This document shows positions 18,305-28,058 of a DNA stretch of 64,000 nucleotides, one piece after another. The translations under genes were made by a program, and so were the position numbers. Each line of letters opens with the position of its first letter. The first letter of the stretch is position 1. Origin of the DNA: a bacterium (lineage in GTDB: Bacteria; J088; JAWLBW01); NCBI GenBank assembly GCA_041690355.1, contig JAWLHK010000001.1:1-64000 (forward strand), read 5' to 3'. The notes under the pieces were generated by a model, which was given only the letters and a program-made list of their open reading frames with translations, was not told the origin of the DNA and searched no databases.

Positions 18305-18377
18305 GCCCTTGCTTCGTCCCCCACTCTCCCGCTCCCCCACTCCCCCCCTCCGCGAGGGGACCGTGGGTGCACATCAA
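18305..18377. repeat. C-rich direct repeat copy 2
   Basis: GCCCTTGCTTCGTCCCCCACTCTCCCGCTCCCCCACTCCCCCCCTCCGCGAG, 3040 bp after copy 1. Confidence 0.9.
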
Positions 18378-19222
18378 GCGCGCTTCCGCCGCTTCGGCCG
18401 CTCTTCTTCATGCGTTTCCGGCGCTTCCTCGCGCGGGAGCGGCTTCTTCTTCGCCGCCGCCAGGCTCGCTTCCAGCGCCGCCATGAGGTCGATGACCTTC
18501 GGCTGCTCGGGCTGCACCGGCTGGGCCACGATCTCCTGCCCTTCGGCTTTCTGCTCGATGAGCGCCAGCACCTGCTCGCGGTACTCGTCGTGGTATTTTT
18601 CGGGGACGAATCCGGTGCTCAACGTGTCGATGAGCTGGCGCGCCATGGCCAGCTCGCGCTCCTGCAGATCCATCTCTTCGCCCGGCAGGTTGTCGAGCGA
18701 TTCCTGCTGCACGATTTCGTCCTGATAGAACAGGGTCGACATCGTGAGGGCCCGCCCCACCGGCCGCAGCGCCACCGTGTACTGCTTGGTGCGCAGGACG
18801 ACGCGCGCGATGGCGACCCGCTCGCTCTCCTGCATGGCGCGCAGCAGCAGCGCATAGGCCTTCGTCGCGCCGCGGTCGGGCGCAAGATAGTACGGGTGTT
18901 CGAAGTAGAGCGGGTCGATCTCGGCGAGCGGCACGAAGTCGAGAATGTCGATCGTGTGCGTCGCCTTCGGGTTGAGCGCCTGCAGCTCTTCGGGCTTGAC
19001 CATGACGTACGTGTTCTTGCGGATCTCGTACCCCTTCACGAGGTGCTCGCTCGAGACCTCTTCGCCATCGGCCGGACAGACGCGCTTCTGGCGGATGCGC
19101 ACGCCGTCCTGATCGTGAAGAAGATGGAAATGGACATCCTTCGGCGACACGGCGTTGAAGAGCCGCACGGGGATGTTCACGAGTCCGAAGCTGACCGATC
19201 CGGTCCACATGCTTCTCGGCAT
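18374..19222 (-). CDS. ku: Ku protein (NHEJ)
   Basis: MPRSMWTGSVSFGLVNIPV, IDPLYFEHPYYL, VIDLMAALEASL; TGATG coupling to ligD. Confidence 0.97.
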   Translation of the reverse strand: MPRSMWTGSVSFGLVNIPVRLFNAVSPKDVHFHLLHDQDGVRIRQKRVCPADGEEVSSEHLVKGYEIRKNTYVMVKPEELQALNPKATHTIDILDFVPLAEIDPLYFEHPYYLAPDRGATKAYALLLRAMQESERVAIARVVLRTKQYTVALRPVGRALTMSTLFYQDEIVQQESLDNLPGEEMDLQERELAMARQLIDTLSTGFVPEKYHDEYREQVLALIEQKAEGQEIVAQPVQPEQPKVIDLMAALEASLAAAKKKPLPREEAPETHEEERPKRRKRA

Positions 19223-20661
19223 CACACACCTCTTTCGACTTCGGGTTCGCGCACGACCTCGCGGGGATCCCGGTCGTCGCGCAACCCTTTGTACGAGGGG
19301 TGGCGCAGGATCCCCGCCTGCGTCCACTCCGTGAATTCCACTTCGGCCACGAGCGCCGGATGCACATAGACGGCACGCCGATCCACGTTCCCCTCGGCGA
19401 ACGGGCTCGCTTCCGTACGCAGCGGATCCAGGAGGCGCTGCAGGCGATCCAGTTCCGCATCGGTGAAGCCGGTTCCTACATTCCCCGCATAACGGAAGGC
19501 GCCGTCTTCGTAGTAGCCCACGAGCAGCGCGCCGATGGTCCCGCCGCGGCGCCCCTCGCCCGGCAGCCACCCGCCGATGACGACCTCCTGGCCACGCACG
19601 TTCTTGAGCTTGATCCACGCACCGCTGCGCCGACCGGGCTCATAGGCGGAATCGAGCCGCTTGGCCATGATCCCCTCGAGTCCGCGGGTCGCGGCCGCCT
19701 GGAGAAACTCAGCCCCCTCGCCCGCGTGAAAGGCGGGGGTCTGCACATGCTCGCCCTTGAGCTCCAGGTCTTCGAGCATGCGCCGCCGTTCCCGATAGGG
19801 GAGCGACATGACGTTGCGCCCATCCAGATAAAGCAGATCGAAAGCCATGAACGTGACCGGGATCTCGCGCGCCCGGGCTGCGACATCGCGGGGCGAAGCA
19901 AGGTTCATGCGCCCCTGCAGCCGCTGAAAGCTGGGGAGCCCCTGTTCGTCGAGGGCCACGATTTCGCCGTCGATGACCGTGGCCCGCTCCCCGAGCGCGT
20001 CTCCGAGTTCGCGCAGTTCGGGGTACTGGGCCGTGATGTCGCGCAGATTGCGGCTCTGCACGACCACGTTCTCCCCGAGCACGTAGACGATGGCGCGCAC
20101 GCCGTCCCATTTGATTTCGTAGCCCCACGCCTCATCGTTCCGCGGCAGGGCATCGCGACGGGCCTTCATCGGTTCCACCGCCGTGGGCATCTCCGTCGGG
20201 AGTTCCGGCCGCTTCTCCATGCGGTGGATCATCCAGTTCTTGCCGTCGGTCTGAAAGAGCGCCCATGTCCCCTCGACCTTGCGGCCGTGCAGGGTGAGCA
20301 CGATCTTCGACGGCGTGAATTTATGCAGGTCGAATGTTCCGCGATCCCAGATGTTCATCTGGCCGGCCCCGTAGCTGCCCGCGGGAATCTCCCCCTCGAA
20401 ATCCAGATAGCCGAGCGGGTGATCTTCGGTGTGCACGGCGAGATGGTTCTGTTTGGGAGCGGGGGGAATGCCCTTCGGAATCGCAAAGGAGAGCAGCACG
20501 CCCTCGTGCTCGATGCGCAGATCGTAGTGCAGGCGCCGCGCATGATGTTCCTGAATCACGAAGCGGTTTCCCCCGGTCTCGGCGCGCACCCGCGCGGGCC
20601 CCGGCTCGGGGGTGTGAGAAAAATCCCGCTTGGCGCGATATTCCTGCAGGCGGTCTGGCAT
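19222..20661 (-). CDS. ligD: LigD-type ATP-dependent DNA ligase (phosphoesterase + ligase, no polymerase domain)
   Basis: YRAKRDF..TPEP, HHARRLHYDLRIE, TEDHP, YEIKWDGVR, EGIMAKR, LRHPSYKGLRDD. Confidence 0.95.
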   Translation of the reverse strand: MPDRLQEYRAKRDFSHTPEPGPARVRAETGGNRFVIQEHHARRLHYDLRIEHEGVLLSFAIPKGIPPAPKQNHLAVHTEDHPLGYLDFEGEIPAGSYGAGQMNIWDRGTFDLHKFTPSKIVLTLHGRKVEGTWALFQTDGKNWMIHRMEKRPELPTEMPTAVEPMKARRDALPRNDEAWGYEIKWDGVRAIVYVLGENVVVQSRNLRDITAQYPELRELGDALGERATVIDGEIVALDEQGLPSFQRLQGRMNLASPRDVAARAREIPVTFMAFDLLYLDGRNVMSLPYRERRRMLEDLELKGEHVQTPAFHAGEGAEFLQAAATRGLEGIMAKRLDSAYEPGRRSGAWIKLKNVRGQEVVIGGWLPGEGRRGGTIGALLVGYYEDGAFRYAGNVGTGFTDAELDRLQRLLDPLRTEASPFAEGNVDRRAVYVHPALVAEVEFTEWTQAGILRHPSYKGLRDDRDPREVVREPEVERGV

Positions 20662-20688
20662 GGGGGGCTCGCTGACGTGGCCGAGCGC

Positions 20689-21243
20689 TCAATCGGGGGG
20701 CTCGTCTACCGCTCCGAGATGGTACTCCGACGGATCGACGTGCTGGTGCCTCGCCCGGGACTCGTACAGCCGGCGTTCATGTTCTTCGCTGTCGAGGTCG
20801 GCGGCGACGCCGTCGTGGCCCATCACGACCATGCGGCCCGAGGCGTCGTCCCACATCTCGATGCGGTCGACCTCGACGCGCAGCAGAGTCAGGCGCTCAT
20901 CCGACGGCCCGCGGGGGAACCACCGTTGCAGTTCAGGGGTCCACAGGCTGGCGATGCGCATCGGATTCTCGACGCACTCGGCCCGGCCGCTGACCGAGAC
21001 ATAGTCGTCGGTGTGCTGGTCGACCCAGCTCACGTTCACCGAGCCCGTCGTGCCGATGTCTTCGACCTTCGGATCGTCGCGGCGGGTCACGAAGACGAGC
21101 GAGCCGTCCGACTCGATCTCGGGCGGAAGCATGGGCCGGCTGCGCAGCATGCCGTCGCGCGTGAGGGTCACGAGCACGGCCACCCTGAACCCCGAGGTCA
21201 TGCGCTCCAGCGCGTCGCGATCATACAGGCTTCCAGTCGCCAT
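20689..21243 (-). CDS. Pyridoxamine 5'-phosphate oxidase-like general stress protein
   Basis: LRSRPM, YVSVSGRA, LWTPELQRWFPRGPSD. Confidence 0.85.
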   Translation of the reverse strand: MATGSLYDRDALERMTSGFRVAVLVTLTRDGMLRSRPMLPPEIESDGSLVFVTRRDDPKVEDIGTTGSVNVSWVDQHTDDYVSVSGRAECVENPMRIASLWTPELQRWFPRGPSDERLTLLRVEVDRIEMWDDASGRMVVMGHDGVAADLDSEEHERRLYESRARHQHVDPSEYHLGAVDEPPD

Positions 21244-21357
21244 CGTGGCATCCTTTCCCGGCGCGCCCGGGCCGAACGCGGCATCGGATCCGCAGGCCGC
21301 CACCGTCGTTCAGCTTGCCCCCGGCCCCATGAACGTGCGAGGGCGAGCGCTTGGGGA

Positions 21358-21475
21358 ATTGACGATTTACGATTGACGGTTTTCCGGAACGTACCTGGTG
21401 CAGAAGGCATTTGATTCGTTGGCGCTCAGTGCTCGGCGCTCAGCGCTTTGCCCGCGTGACGAGTGACGAGTGAAG
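21358..21475. repeat. Three heptamer arrays (ATTGACG, RGYGCTC, AGTGACG types)
   Basis: 21358-21378, 21421-21448, 21455-21475. Confidence 0.75.
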
Positions 21476-21573
21476 CAAGGGCTTTCTGCTGCCAGCCGAA
21501 GAAACCCACAAACGGGCAACGAAAAACCGGACGCGGATGCGACCCGGGTGACCCGCTGCGCTAGAATGGAACG

Positions 21574-22866
21574 ATGGATACCTCCCCCGTTCAGGACCCG
21601 AAGCGCCCGCACGTCGTCATCATCGGCGGCGGGTTCGCCGGTCTCAATGCGGCCCGCCGGCTCGGCAAGGCGCCGGTACGCGTCACGCTCATCGATCGGA
21701 ACAACTACCACCTCTTCCAGCCCCTGCTCTACCAGGTGGCCACCGCGGGACTCTCGCCCGCCGAGATCGCGCACCCGATTCGCTCGGTCGTGCGCAAACA
21801 GCAGAATACCGAGGTGCTGATGGGCGAGGTCGTCGGCGTCGACAAAGAAGGGCGGTCGGTGCGTCTCGCCGACGGAAAGACCATCTCGTACGATTACCTG
21901 GTGCTCGCGACCGGGTCGGTCTATAACTACTTCGGTCACGAAGAGTGGGCTCGCTTCGCTCCCTCGCTGAAGACCGTGACCGACGCCACGCACATCCGGC
22001 GCAATATTCTTGTGGCCTTCGAGCAGGCCGAAATGGAATCCGACGAGGCGAAGCGCCGGGCGCTGCTCACCTTCGTCGTCGTGGGCGGCGGCCCCACGGG
22101 GGTCGAGATGGCCGGCGCCATCGCCGAACTCGCCCACCGGGCGCTTGCTTCCGACTTCCGCTACATCGATCCGCAGCACACGCGCATCCTGCTCGTCGAA
22201 GCGGTCCCGCGCATCCTCAACGCCTTTCCCGAGCATCTCGCGCAGCGCGCCCTCGAGAAGCTGGTGCGCCTGGGGGTCGAGGTGCGCACGAACGCCATGG
22301 TGCAGGCGGTCGATGAGTACGGCGTCGTCATTTCGGGCGATCGCATCGATTCGCCGAATGTCATCTGGGCCGCCGGCGTGCTCGGAACCGAGCCGGGCGA
22401 GTGGCTCGGGGCCGAAACCGATCGCATCCAGCGGGTCAAGGTCGGCCCCGATCTGAGCGTGCCCGGTCACCCGGAGATCTTCGTGCTCGGCGACACCGCT
22501 TTCGTTCCCGATCCGGACGGCAAGCCGCTGCCGGGGGTGGCCCCGGTCGCCATGCAACAGGGGCGCTACGTGGCCGATCGGATCCGTGCGCGGGTCGAGG
22601 GGCACGGCGGGTTCCCCCCGTTCCGCTACCGCGACAAGGGCAACCTGGCCACCGTCGGACGTTCGTTCGCCATCGCCGACTTCGGCCGGATGAGCTTCGG
22701 CGGCTTCTTCGCCTGGCTCATCTGGATTGTCGTTCACATCGTCTACCTGATCGACTTCCAGAACCGCATGCTCGTACTGACACAGTGGGCGTGGTCCTGG
22801 TTCACCTTTCACCGCGGCGCGCGGCTCATCGTGCGCGAAGAACCGCGGCAATGGCCCGGCGGCTAG
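21574..22866 (+). CDS. ndh: Type II NADH dehydrogenase
   Basis: GGGFAG, FQPLLYQVAT, VVGGGPTGVEMAG, APVAMQQG, KGNLATVGR. Confidence 0.95.
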   Translation: MDTSPVQDPKRPHVVIIGGGFAGLNAARRLGKAPVRVTLIDRNNYHLFQPLLYQVATAGLSPAEIAHPIRSVVRKQQNTEVLMGEVVGVDKEGRSVRLADGKTISYDYLVLATGSVYNYFGHEEWARFAPSLKTVTDATHIRRNILVAFEQAEMESDEAKRRALLTFVVVGGGPTGVEMAGAIAELAHRALASDFRYIDPQHTRILLVEAVPRILNAFPEHLAQRALEKLVRLGVEVRTNAMVQAVDEYGVVISGDRIDSPNVIWAAGVLGTEPGEWLGAETDRIQRVKVGPDLSVPGHPEIFVLGDTAFVPDPDGKPLPGVAPVAMQQGRYVADRIRARVEGHGGFPPFRYRDKGNLATVGRSFAIADFGRMSFGGFFAWLIWIVVHIVYLIDFQNRMLVLTQWAWSWFTFHRGARLIVREEPRQWPGG

Positions 22867-22890
22867 ACCAGCGCCGTGCTGCCGGCGACT

Positions 22891-23083
22891 GCCCTGAAAG
22901 CCTGTCGAAGGGTCGAGGGGCTAGAATGTCTGCGCGCGGTTTCAACCTGACAGCGGGTTCAAGTTCGCGAACGTGATGTTCATGCGGCGCTGGCCCTTCG
23001 AGACGCCGGTGTGTGTCCTCGTAAGAGGAGGCCGCTGAATCGGACTTTGTCTGTCCAATGCCCGGCTTCTCAAGGGCGAACGG
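22891..23083. repeat. REPIN-like inverted doublet (~195 bp)
   Basis: Left GCCCTGAAAGCCTGTCGAAGGG; right GGCCCTTCGAGACGCCGG...CCGGCTTCTCAAGGGCGAACGG; similar element at 35979. Confidence 0.65.
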
Positions 23084-23152
23084 TCACTCGACAATTCTAT
23101 TTTGAACAAGACTGACCGGCGACTGGCGACTGAAGACTGCCGCCAGCCCCAG

Positions 23153-23989
23153 TCACGTGCTGCCGCCCGTCCAGCCCGGCGGGTCCGAAGCCGGAAAGGA
23201 TTCGTCCGACGCCTCGTCGACCCAGTCGGGCTCTTCGCCTTCGGCGCGCACCGGACCGGTCTCGCCGATTCCGGGTTCGCTGTGCAGCACCGGGCCAGTC
23301 GGCTGCTCGGCGAGTGCGCCGGCGCTCCTGCGCTCGGCACCCGCTTCGACCAGATCGCTTTCGAGCATGCGCTTGAAGCGAATCAGATCTTCTTCGATGT
23401 ACTGCACGGCGTCTTTGCCGATGATGCGCGCGACGAGCATGCCCACGCGGCCCGCCGGCGGGCTGTAGCGGAAACTGAGCGAGACGCGTGTTCCCCCCTG
23501 CACGGGCTCGAAGCGCACCGTCCCCTGGTTGGGAATGTCGGCGCCGGGGAGCGAATGCCAGGCAAGCAGCTCGTTGGCCCGCTCCTGCGTGATCTCGGCC
23601 TCCCACTCGATCGACAGGCCGGCCGGCGCGCGCGCGACCCAGTGCGAGCGGTTGGTGCCCGTAACGGTGACCGACTTCAGATAGTGCATGAAGTGCGGCA
23701 GGTTCTCGAGGTCGCGCCAGTAGCGGTAGACCTGCACGACCGGACGCCGCACGATCACCGAGCGGTTCAGGTGCAGCCAGGCGCGATGCCGCGGCTCGGC
23801 CTCGGCCCGCACGTCGAGCGGCTTGTGCTCGACGCGGTAGCGGTGCACCGACTCGACGAGCAGGCCAGCGCCCGCGAAGGCCAGCCCTGCGCCGACCAGC
23901 GACGGCTTGCGCAGCCCGAGGCCGATCAGGACGGCGCCGGCCGTGCCGCGCACCGCGAGCTCTGCGGGGGTTCGGAGTTCTTCCTGCAT
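23153..23989 (-). CDS. SRPBCC/cyclase family protein with acidic VDEASDESFPASDPP tail
   Basis: YRYWRDLENLPHFM, SHWVARAP, EDLIRFKRMLE. Confidence 0.9.
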   Translation of the reverse strand: MQEELRTPAELAVRGTAGAVLIGLGLRKPSLVGAGLAFAGAGLLVESVHRYRVEHKPLDVRAEAEPRHRAWLHLNRSVIVRRPVVQVYRYWRDLENLPHFMHYLKSVTVTGTNRSHWVARAPAGLSIEWEAEITQERANELLAWHSLPGADIPNQGTVRFEPVQGGTRVSLSFRYSPPAGRVGMLVARIIGKDAVQYIEEDLIRFKRMLESDLVEAGAERRSAGALAEQPTGPVLHSEPGIGETGPVRAEGEEPDWVDEASDESFPASDPPGWTGGST

Positions 23990-24085
23990 GATGCTCCCTT
24001 GTCAGAAATTCACTTCATTCTGACGGAGCGCAGCGGGACGATGGAGCGTCGGGGGCGGGCATGCGAACCCGCGAACAGCATGCGC

Positions 24086-25171
24086 CTACTGGCTGGCGCG
24101 CAGATAATGCTCGTTGGACTTGATTCCCTGGTAGCCTTCCTGAATGACCACCATGAGCACGCTCACGGTCGGCACGGCGAGCAGAATGCCAAAGACGCCG
24201 AAGAGCTTGCCGCCGAGAATGATGCTGCCGATGATCAGAACCGGGTGCATGTGCACGCTGTGGCCCATGATGAGCGGCGCGACGATGATGTTGTCGACCA
24301 GGTGGGCGACGCCGATGGCGGCCCAGACCAGCAGGGTCAGCGTCAGGGGATCGCCCCCGCCGCTGAAAATGGCGACGAGCGGGCAGACGACCGCCGACAC
24401 CACGAGACCGGCCACCGGAATCGGCGTCGTCAAGCCGACCACCAGCCCGATGACCAGGGCGTTCGGGATTGAAAAGGTCAGGCAGAACAGGGTGGCGATG
24501 GTGGCGTCGACGAGCGCCTCGATGATGAGCCCGCGCAGGTAGTTGCTGACCTGCAGGTTCACCTTGTGAATGATGTTCAGCGTCATCTCGAAGTAGCGGT
24601 TGGGCACCGCTGCGACGATCTGGCGCTTGAGCGATCGCCCGTCGCGCAGAAGGAAGAACGAGAACACGAAGATGAGCGCGAGCACCACGACCCCTTCGCT
24701 CAGAAAGCCGGGGAGTTCGGCGATGACGCTCGAGCTGATCTTGTCGACTTCGTGGGGCACGCGCTCGACGATGGCGAACTGCTTGTCGTCGGGGAGCATG
24801 CCGTTGACGGCTTCTTCTGCCGAAACCAGCAGTTTGTCGATGTTCGCCTTGGCCTGCGGCCACTTGGCGCGCAGCACCGCGGCCTCGGACTGTACGTAGC
24901 CGGGAAGCAGCGAGCCGACGAAGATAAGAACCGCCAGCAGGCTCAGAAAGACGATGGAGACGGCGCGTCCGTGGGGCATCCCGCGCCGCTCGAGCTTCGC
25001 CACCAGGGGGGCGAGCAGCACGTTCAGGATGACGGCGCAGAGAAACGGAATGAAGAGGACCGTGACCGAGGCCAGCATGCCGAAGCCGGCGATGACCAGC
25101 CCGAGCAGGCCGAAGATCTTGAGCCAGAGAATCCAGACGCTGCCGCTGTTCGCCGGAGTCGCCGCGCTCAT
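24086..25171 (-). CDS. AI-2E family transporter
   Basis: FFLLRDG, NYLRG, DNIIVAPLIMGHSVHMHP, GILLAVP. Confidence 0.92.
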   Translation of the reverse strand: MSAATPANSGSVWILWLKIFGLLGLVIAGFGMLASVTVLFIPFLCAVILNVLLAPLVAKLERRGMPHGRAVSIVFLSLLAVLIFVGSLLPGYVQSEAAVLRAKWPQAKANIDKLLVSAEEAVNGMLPDDKQFAIVERVPHEVDKISSSVIAELPGFLSEGVVVLALIFVFSFFLLRDGRSLKRQIVAAVPNRYFEMTLNIIHKVNLQVSNYLRGLIIEALVDATIATLFCLTFSIPNALVIGLVVGLTTPIPVAGLVVSAVVCPLVAIFSGGGDPLTLTLLVWAAIGVAHLVDNIIVAPLIMGHSVHMHPVLIIGSIILGGKLFGVFGILLAVPTVSVLMVVIQEGYQGIKSNEHYLRASQ

Positions 25172-25172
25172 A

Positions 25173-25733
25173 CTATTTGATGACCTTCTCGACCTGCTGC
25201 ACGACGCCCGGGCGGGTGTCGGTCTGCAGCAGCTTCTCGCGCAGGCCGCGCAGCTCCTTGTTCGTCGCGCGCAGACGCTCGCCGAGCACTTCGGCCAGCG
25301 CGAGGACGACCTTCACGCCGAGTCCCGGGCTCTTCTCCACGAGGTCCATGAGGTCCGAGCGGAAAAAGCCGGCCAGTTCGGTGGGCCCGACGGCGACGGC
25401 CGTGGCGCTGCGGGGGCTCTCGTCGAGCAGCGAGATCTCACCGAAGAAGTCGCCTTCTTTCAGCGTGGCCAGGTCGATCGGGTTCTCGCTCTGGTAATTG
25501 AGCGTGATGCGCGCCTCGCCCGAGAGGATGAGGTACATCCCGGTACCGGGCTGCCCTTCCATGAAAATGACTTCTCCGGGCTGATACTTGCGCAGGTGAA
25601 TGAGGTTGCGCACGAAAGCGAGTTCCGAGCGCTTGAGTCCCTGAAAAATCGGCACGCGGGCGAGGATACGCGTGACATCGCCGTCTTCTTCGCGTTGCCG
25701 GAAAATGTTGTGCCAGAGGCTCTTGGAACTCAT
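25173..25733 (-). CDS. Cyclic nucleotide-binding domain protein
   Basis: GDFFGEISLLDESPRSATAVA. Confidence 0.92.
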   Translation of the reverse strand: MSSKSLWHNIFRQREEDGDVTRILARVPIFQGLKRSELAFVRNLIHLRKYQPGEVIFMEGQPGTGMYLILSGEARITLNYQSENPIDLATLKEGDFFGEISLLDESPRSATAVAVGPTELAGFFRSDLMDLVEKSPGLGVKVVLALAEVLGERLRATNKELRGLREKLLQTDTRPGVVQQVEKVIK

Positions 25734-25766
25734 CGCAGACTCACCGCAGACGGGTAAGGCGATATT

Positions 25767-26849
25767 CTACCGCATCCTCCGGTAAAAGAAAATCAGGGCT
25801 CCCGTAAACAGCACGTTCGGGCTCCAGGCGGCCAGCAGCGGCGGATAACTGCCCCCCTTGCCCAGCTTGAGCGCGAAGGAGAAGAGAAACCAGTACGAGA
25901 ACCCGAGTCCGATGGCGGCGGCCAGGGCGAGCGTAGCCCCCCCCTTGCGCGCCGGGCGGTAGGAGAACGGCAGCCCCACCACCGACAGCATGAGACAGAC
26001 GAGGGCGAAGGCAAGCCGGCCGTGCATCTCGGTCTCATAGGCGTGGGTGCGCAGCCGCTCGTGGCGGATCTTTTCGACGAAGAGGCGCAGCTCGGCGAAG
26101 TTCATCTCGTCGGGGCGCTTCTCGAGAACGGCCAGACTTTCGGCCCCGTAGCCGAACGGCACCTCGACCGGTTCGGCCGAGAGGCCGGGATCGTCGTCGA
26201 GGTCGGCCGTGAACGTGCCCGTGAACTTCCACTGCCCCGATTCGTCGAGACGCCCCTCGGCCGCCGAGATGCGCCGGATGGGGCGCCCCTTCTCATCCAG
26301 CTCGTAGAGGGTTACGCCGCGCATGACCCCCTCGGTGGGCAGAAAGAGGTCGACGTGATAGACCCGGCGGTCATCCTTGAACCAGACCTGGTCTTTCTTG
26401 AAGAACGTCAGCTTCTCGACCTTGCCGATGCGCACCGCTTCCAGATAATGAATGCGCTCGTTCACGCCCGGGAGCACCCACTCGTTCAGCGCGACGACGG
26501 CCAGGCTGGCGGCCAACCCGCACGCGAGCAGCGGCGTGCCCAGCCGGCGGAAACCGACCCCCAGCGAACGCATGGCGACGATCTCGTTGTTGCGGTTCAA
26601 GACGGCCAGGCTGATGACCGACGCCAGCAGGGTGGCGACCGGGATCATCAGGGCGAGCGCCGGCAGCGTCTTGAGGGCGATCAGCTCGAGCACGTCACCC
26701 GTCGCCGGATTCTCCTTGAAATAGAAGTCGAAGCGCTCGACGAAGTCGAAGACCTGGAAGAGCACGACGAAGGCCCCGAGCGCGAGCCCGAAAACTTGAA
26801 GATACTGCCGCAGCAGGTAGCGGAAGAGGACCGTCACGTCCGTCTCCAC
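25767..26849 (-). CDS. lptG: LPS export permease LptG
   Basis: NNEIVAMRSLG, PDEMNF.EL, PPLLAAWSPN. Confidence 0.9.
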   Translation of the reverse strand: METDVTVLFRYLLRQYLQVFGLALGAFVVLFQVFDFVERFDFYFKENPATGDVLELIALKTLPALALMIPVATLLASVISLAVLNRNNEIVAMRSLGVGFRRLGTPLLACGLAASLAVVALNEWVLPGVNERIHYLEAVRIGKVEKLTFFKKDQVWFKDDRRVYHVDLFLPTEGVMRGVTLYELDEKGRPIRRISAAEGRLDESGQWKFTGTFTADLDDDPGLSAEPVEVPFGYGAESLAVLEKRPDEMNFAELRLFVEKIRHERLRTHAYETEMHGRLAFALVCLMLSVVGLPFSYRPARKGGATLALAAAIGLGFSYWFLFSFALKLGKGGSYPPLLAAWSPNVLFTGALIFFYRRMR

Positions 26850-27952
26850 GGAAACAGCGTACGATCCCTGGCGGTGCGCGCATAGAACCAGGCCGCGACC
26901 GACGCCAGCAGGAAGTTCGCCCCCCAGAGGCCGAGTTCGACGGGAACCTGCTCGCGCTTGGCCGCGTTCTGGCCGGCCGTGAAGAGCATGTAGTACCCGG
27001 CGATGACGATGAGCGCGGTCAGAAAGCCCTGGGTGCGGCCCGATCGCCGGTTGGTCATCGCGAGGGGGATGCCGAGAAAGGGGAAGATGAGCACGCCGAT
27101 CGGCAGCGTGAAACGCTTGTGCATCTCCATGAGCACCGGCGTCAGCGGTTTTTTCTGCTCGCGGCGCCGCTGCAGCTCCTCGCGCAGCTGCGCGGGGGTC
27201 ATCTCGTTGACCACGTAGTAATTGCGCGCGCGGATCCCTTCCCGCAGATCGATATGCAGCCGCACGCGCTCGAAATCGACGGCGCGCACGGTGTCGGTAG
27301 TCGGCGAGCTGCCGAGGATGCGGCCGTCGTAGAGATCGAGGTCGAGAATCGGCGACCCCTCGTCGGCGTGCAGCCGGCCGCGGTGGGCGAAGATCTGGTA
27401 GGTCTCCTTCTCCTTGCGCGCGTCGCTCAGCATGACGCCGCTGAGCTCGCCCTTCTCGACGCGGTCGGCGTAGAGCACCAGACCCTTGCCGAGCGGATTG
27501 AAGACCGCCTCGCGCAGCCCCACGTTCACCTGGTTGCTCGCGAGCTTATAGAGTTCGAGGCTGAACTCATGCCGGCCCCAGGGCACCGCCCAGGTCGCGA
27601 GCAGCATGCTGACGGCGGCAATGACCACGGCCAGCTCGAAGGCGGGGCGCGTGATGGCCCAGAGCCCGACGCCGCTCGCGCGCAGGGCCACGATTTCGCT
27701 GTCTGCGCTCATGCGCCCGTACGCCAGCAGCAGGGCCAGGATGAAGCTCATCGGCATGGCGTAGACGAGAAAGGCCGGCAGCATCGTCAGCAGCAGGCCT
27801 GCGGCGTACTTGAGCGTCGCCCCCTTGGCGAAGACGAGCTCGAGCAGCTGCAGCATCCGGTTCGCAAACAGGGCGAACAGAAACACGCTGAGCGACAGGA
27901 GAAAGGAGCCGGCCATCTCCCGGCGGATATATCGCGCCAGAATCACGGGCAT
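26834..27952 (-). CDS. lptF: LPS export permease LptF
   Basis: GRMSADSEIVALRASG, EMHKRFTLP, LWGAN. Confidence 0.9.
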   Translation of the reverse strand: MPVILARYIRREMAGSFLLSLSVFLFALFANRMLQLLELVFAKGATLKYAAGLLLTMLPAFLVYAMPMSFILALLLAYGRMSADSEIVALRASGVGLWAITRPAFELAVVIAAVSMLLATWAVPWGRHEFSLELYKLASNQVNVGLREAVFNPLGKGLVLYADRVEKGELSGVMLSDARKEKETYQIFAHRGRLHADEGSPILDLDLYDGRILGSSPTTDTVRAVDFERVRLHIDLREGIRARNYYVVNEMTPAQLREELQRRREQKKPLTPVLMEMHKRFTLPIGVLIFPFLGIPLAMTNRRSGRTQGFLTALIVIAGYYMLFTAGQNAAKREQVPVELGLWGANFLLASVAAWFYARTARDRTLFPWRRT

Positions 27953-28058
27953 GACCGTTCATGATAGCGGAGGCGGGGGCCGCAAATCCACGTCCCGCGC
28001 GGATACGCCTTGCGGGGCGGCCCGCCGTGCAGTTACCTTGTAGGCCTGTACGCGTGAA

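Noticed and set aside
22930-23100. 6S RNA (GGTTCAAG hairpin)
   Set aside because: No long closing stem or central bubble discernible, no zapA/ygfA context; better explained by the repeat family.
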